A DNA stretch of 32,000 nucleotides from Vibrio vulnificus CMCP6. GTDB taxonomy: Bacteria > Pseudomonadota > Gammaproteobacteria > Enterobacterales > Vibrionaceae. Positions 30,745 to 32,000 of the stretch are shown here, one piece after another; positions within the stretch are counted from its first letter, which is position 1, and each line of letters begins with the position of its first letter. The notes below the pieces were generated by a model. That model saw only the letters and a list, made by a program, of their open reading frames with translations, did no database searches and had not been told where the DNA came from. The stretch lies in contig NC_004459.3 of NCBI RefSeq assembly GCF_000039765.1, forward strand, positions 3,226,104 through 3,258,103, read 5' to 3'. A program made the position numbers and the translations under genes.

Positions 30745-32000
30745 ATGCTTATTGAACGGAAATTAATTACATATCCATATGAAAGAACCGATTACTCTCA
30801 TTACATCCTAGTTTTAAAAATAAATGATAAGATAATATTGATGAGTGCTGTAAATCTATTTTTAAAAGAAAGGACATACAGAAGTTTTAAAACCAGCGAA
30901 CGGTATTCCAATATTTTAAAACGTTTCTTTCATTTTATAATAAAAAATAATGCCAACATAAGCCAAAATTTCTGGCGAGAAGTTACGGATAGCGATATTC
31001 GTGAATGGCAAGGATATATAATAAAAAAGAGAGATAATGAACACAAGAAAAGGCCAAAGGATGATACTATATATTTAGATGCTTGTATCGTTTTCGACTT
31101 CTATTCTTGGGCAGAAAGGAACCATTTTCCGGTTTTAATAAATTCAACAAGTGTTGACTGGAAATTTAATTTTCGAGATGAAAGCAAAATTTTATCAAGT
31201 AAAGGCATCCTATCAGGAAGTGTTCCAGATTATGCAAACATTGATATTCGTAACACACGAAGAAAGCAATTTAGAAGCTTTAATAATAAATCTGATACTA
31301 TAATGGAGTTTGAAAATATCATAGCTTTAGTAACATCATATAGTGATCTAGTTTATCCAGTAATGTTTCTTTTAGCACTAGCTACTGGTATGCGTGAACA
31401 GGGAGTATGCTCTTTCCCTTATATTGGAATCGGTGAAAATGATCATATTAGAACATATCCTGAAATAAAAAATTTGGTTCCCAAAGACCCCAAAGGAAAA
31501 ACTCCCAAAACATTTCCTTTCACTACTATAGAAAAAGGGAATAAAAAAAGAACTTTAAAGGTCAACATGTCTGCCTGGAAAATAATATGCAAAACATACT
31601 TACCACTTTATTACCAAAGAAAAAAATTATTTAGACAGAAATTTCCTCATAAAAACGATAATGCTGTATTCTTCTTGAATAAGGTCGGTAAACCCGTAAC
31701 ACCCAAAATGGTGTCAGATGCGACGAACCGAGCAAAAAAGAAACTTAATGACCAGCACTTTCATTGGTCATTTCACAGTACAAGGGACTGGTATGCCACA
31801 ATGTTTATTATCAAACACTTAACTCGAGAACAGATCAATGTAGCACATTATGACGCAGCTATTGAAGATGCTTTACGCAAACAACTAGGACACAGTGATA
31901 TCAGAACAACATACATGCATTACATCCGTGTAGCTTCTCTTCTGTTGGCAACACGTAATGGTGAATTAGATTTTTCGTTGGGGAATTCTGATGATTTTTG
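30745..32000 (+). CDS. Tyrosine recombinase 3, partial (extends beyond the window end)
   Basis: My translation from ATG 30745 (1 nt after the previous stop): MLIERKLITYPYERTDYSHYILVLKINDKIILM... with 'LALATGMREQGVCSFPY' (Arg I), 'FHSTRDWYATMF' (HxxR), 'LGHSDIRTTYMHYI' (GH...Y). Open to position 32000, so absent from the ORF track. Confidence 0.88.
   Translation, partial: MLIERKLITYPYERTDYSHYILVLKINDKIILMSAVNLFLKERTYRSFKTSERYSNILKRFFHFIIKNNANISQNFWREVTDSDIREWQGYIIKKRDNEHKKRPKDDTIYLDACIVFDFYSWAERNHFPVLINSTSVDWKFNFRDESKILSSKGILSGSVPDYANIDIRNTRRKQFRSFNNKSDTIMEFENIIALVTSYSDLVYPVMFLLALATGMREQGVCSFPYIGIGENDHIRTYPEIKNLVPKDPKGKTPKTFPFTTIEKGNKKRTLKVNMSAWKIICKTYLPLYYQRKKLFRQKFPHKNDNAVFFLNKVGKPVTPKMVSDATNRAKKKLNDQHFHWSFHSTRDWYATMFIIKHLTREQINVAHYDAAIEDALRKQLGHSDIRTTYMHYIRVASLLLATRNGELDFSLGNSDDF

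Larger units (their letters stand above)
24240..32000 (+). mobile_element. Left part of an integrative genomic island inserted in yfbR; multi-tyrosine-recombinase module; right end outside window
   Basis: Abrupt truncation of yfbR, visible switch to AT-rich sequence, a divergent yfbR homologue, and three tyrosine-recombinase-fold proteins in one operon. Confidence 0.85.

Noticed and set aside
24240-32000. CRISPR array, retron or prophage structural genes in the island
   Set aside because: No regularly spaced repeats, reverse transcriptase motifs or phage structural proteins seen; repeats present are short and irregular.

Overview
Vibrio-like chromosomal segment (gene content and order inferred; no database search run) with an AT-rich mobile island entering at the right. 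From about 1 to 23.98 kb the backbone is ordinary: a glycine-rich Ig-like-repeat lipoprotein fragment, an Lrp/PLP-enzyme divergent pair, a DUF1244-like protein, an outer-membrane beta-barrel, an RND efflux pump and adaptor, three tandem tRNA-Tyr genes in 175-bp repeats (the middle copy has an acceptor-stem mismatch), a Tim44-like protein, a TetR regulator plus MFS/acyltransferase fusion, a YeiH-family protein, a menaquinone cluster (menE, menC, menB, menH, menD, menF) and alaA. The yfbR gene after alaA is cut off after about 80 codons at '...[11 protein letters not shown]' (24240). Directly after it come: (1) a full-length, strongly diverged YfbR homologue whose catalytic HD dyad reads HE; (2) an intergenic region rich in short repeats; (3) a tightly overlapping operon encoding a 203-aa unknown protein, a 625-aa tyrosine-recombinase-fold protein with degenerate catalytic residues, a 647-aa apparently intact tyrosine recombinase, a 366-aa HTH plus coiled-coil accessory protein, and a third apparently intact tyrosine recombinase running off the window end (not in the supplied ORF track). 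I interpret this as the left end of a multi-recombinase integrative island. It may be related to Gamma-Mobile-Trio, strand-biased circularizing (SE) or Tn554-like modules. It inserts in yfbR while carrying a substitute or repurposed YfbR. The right end and any cargo lie outside the window.
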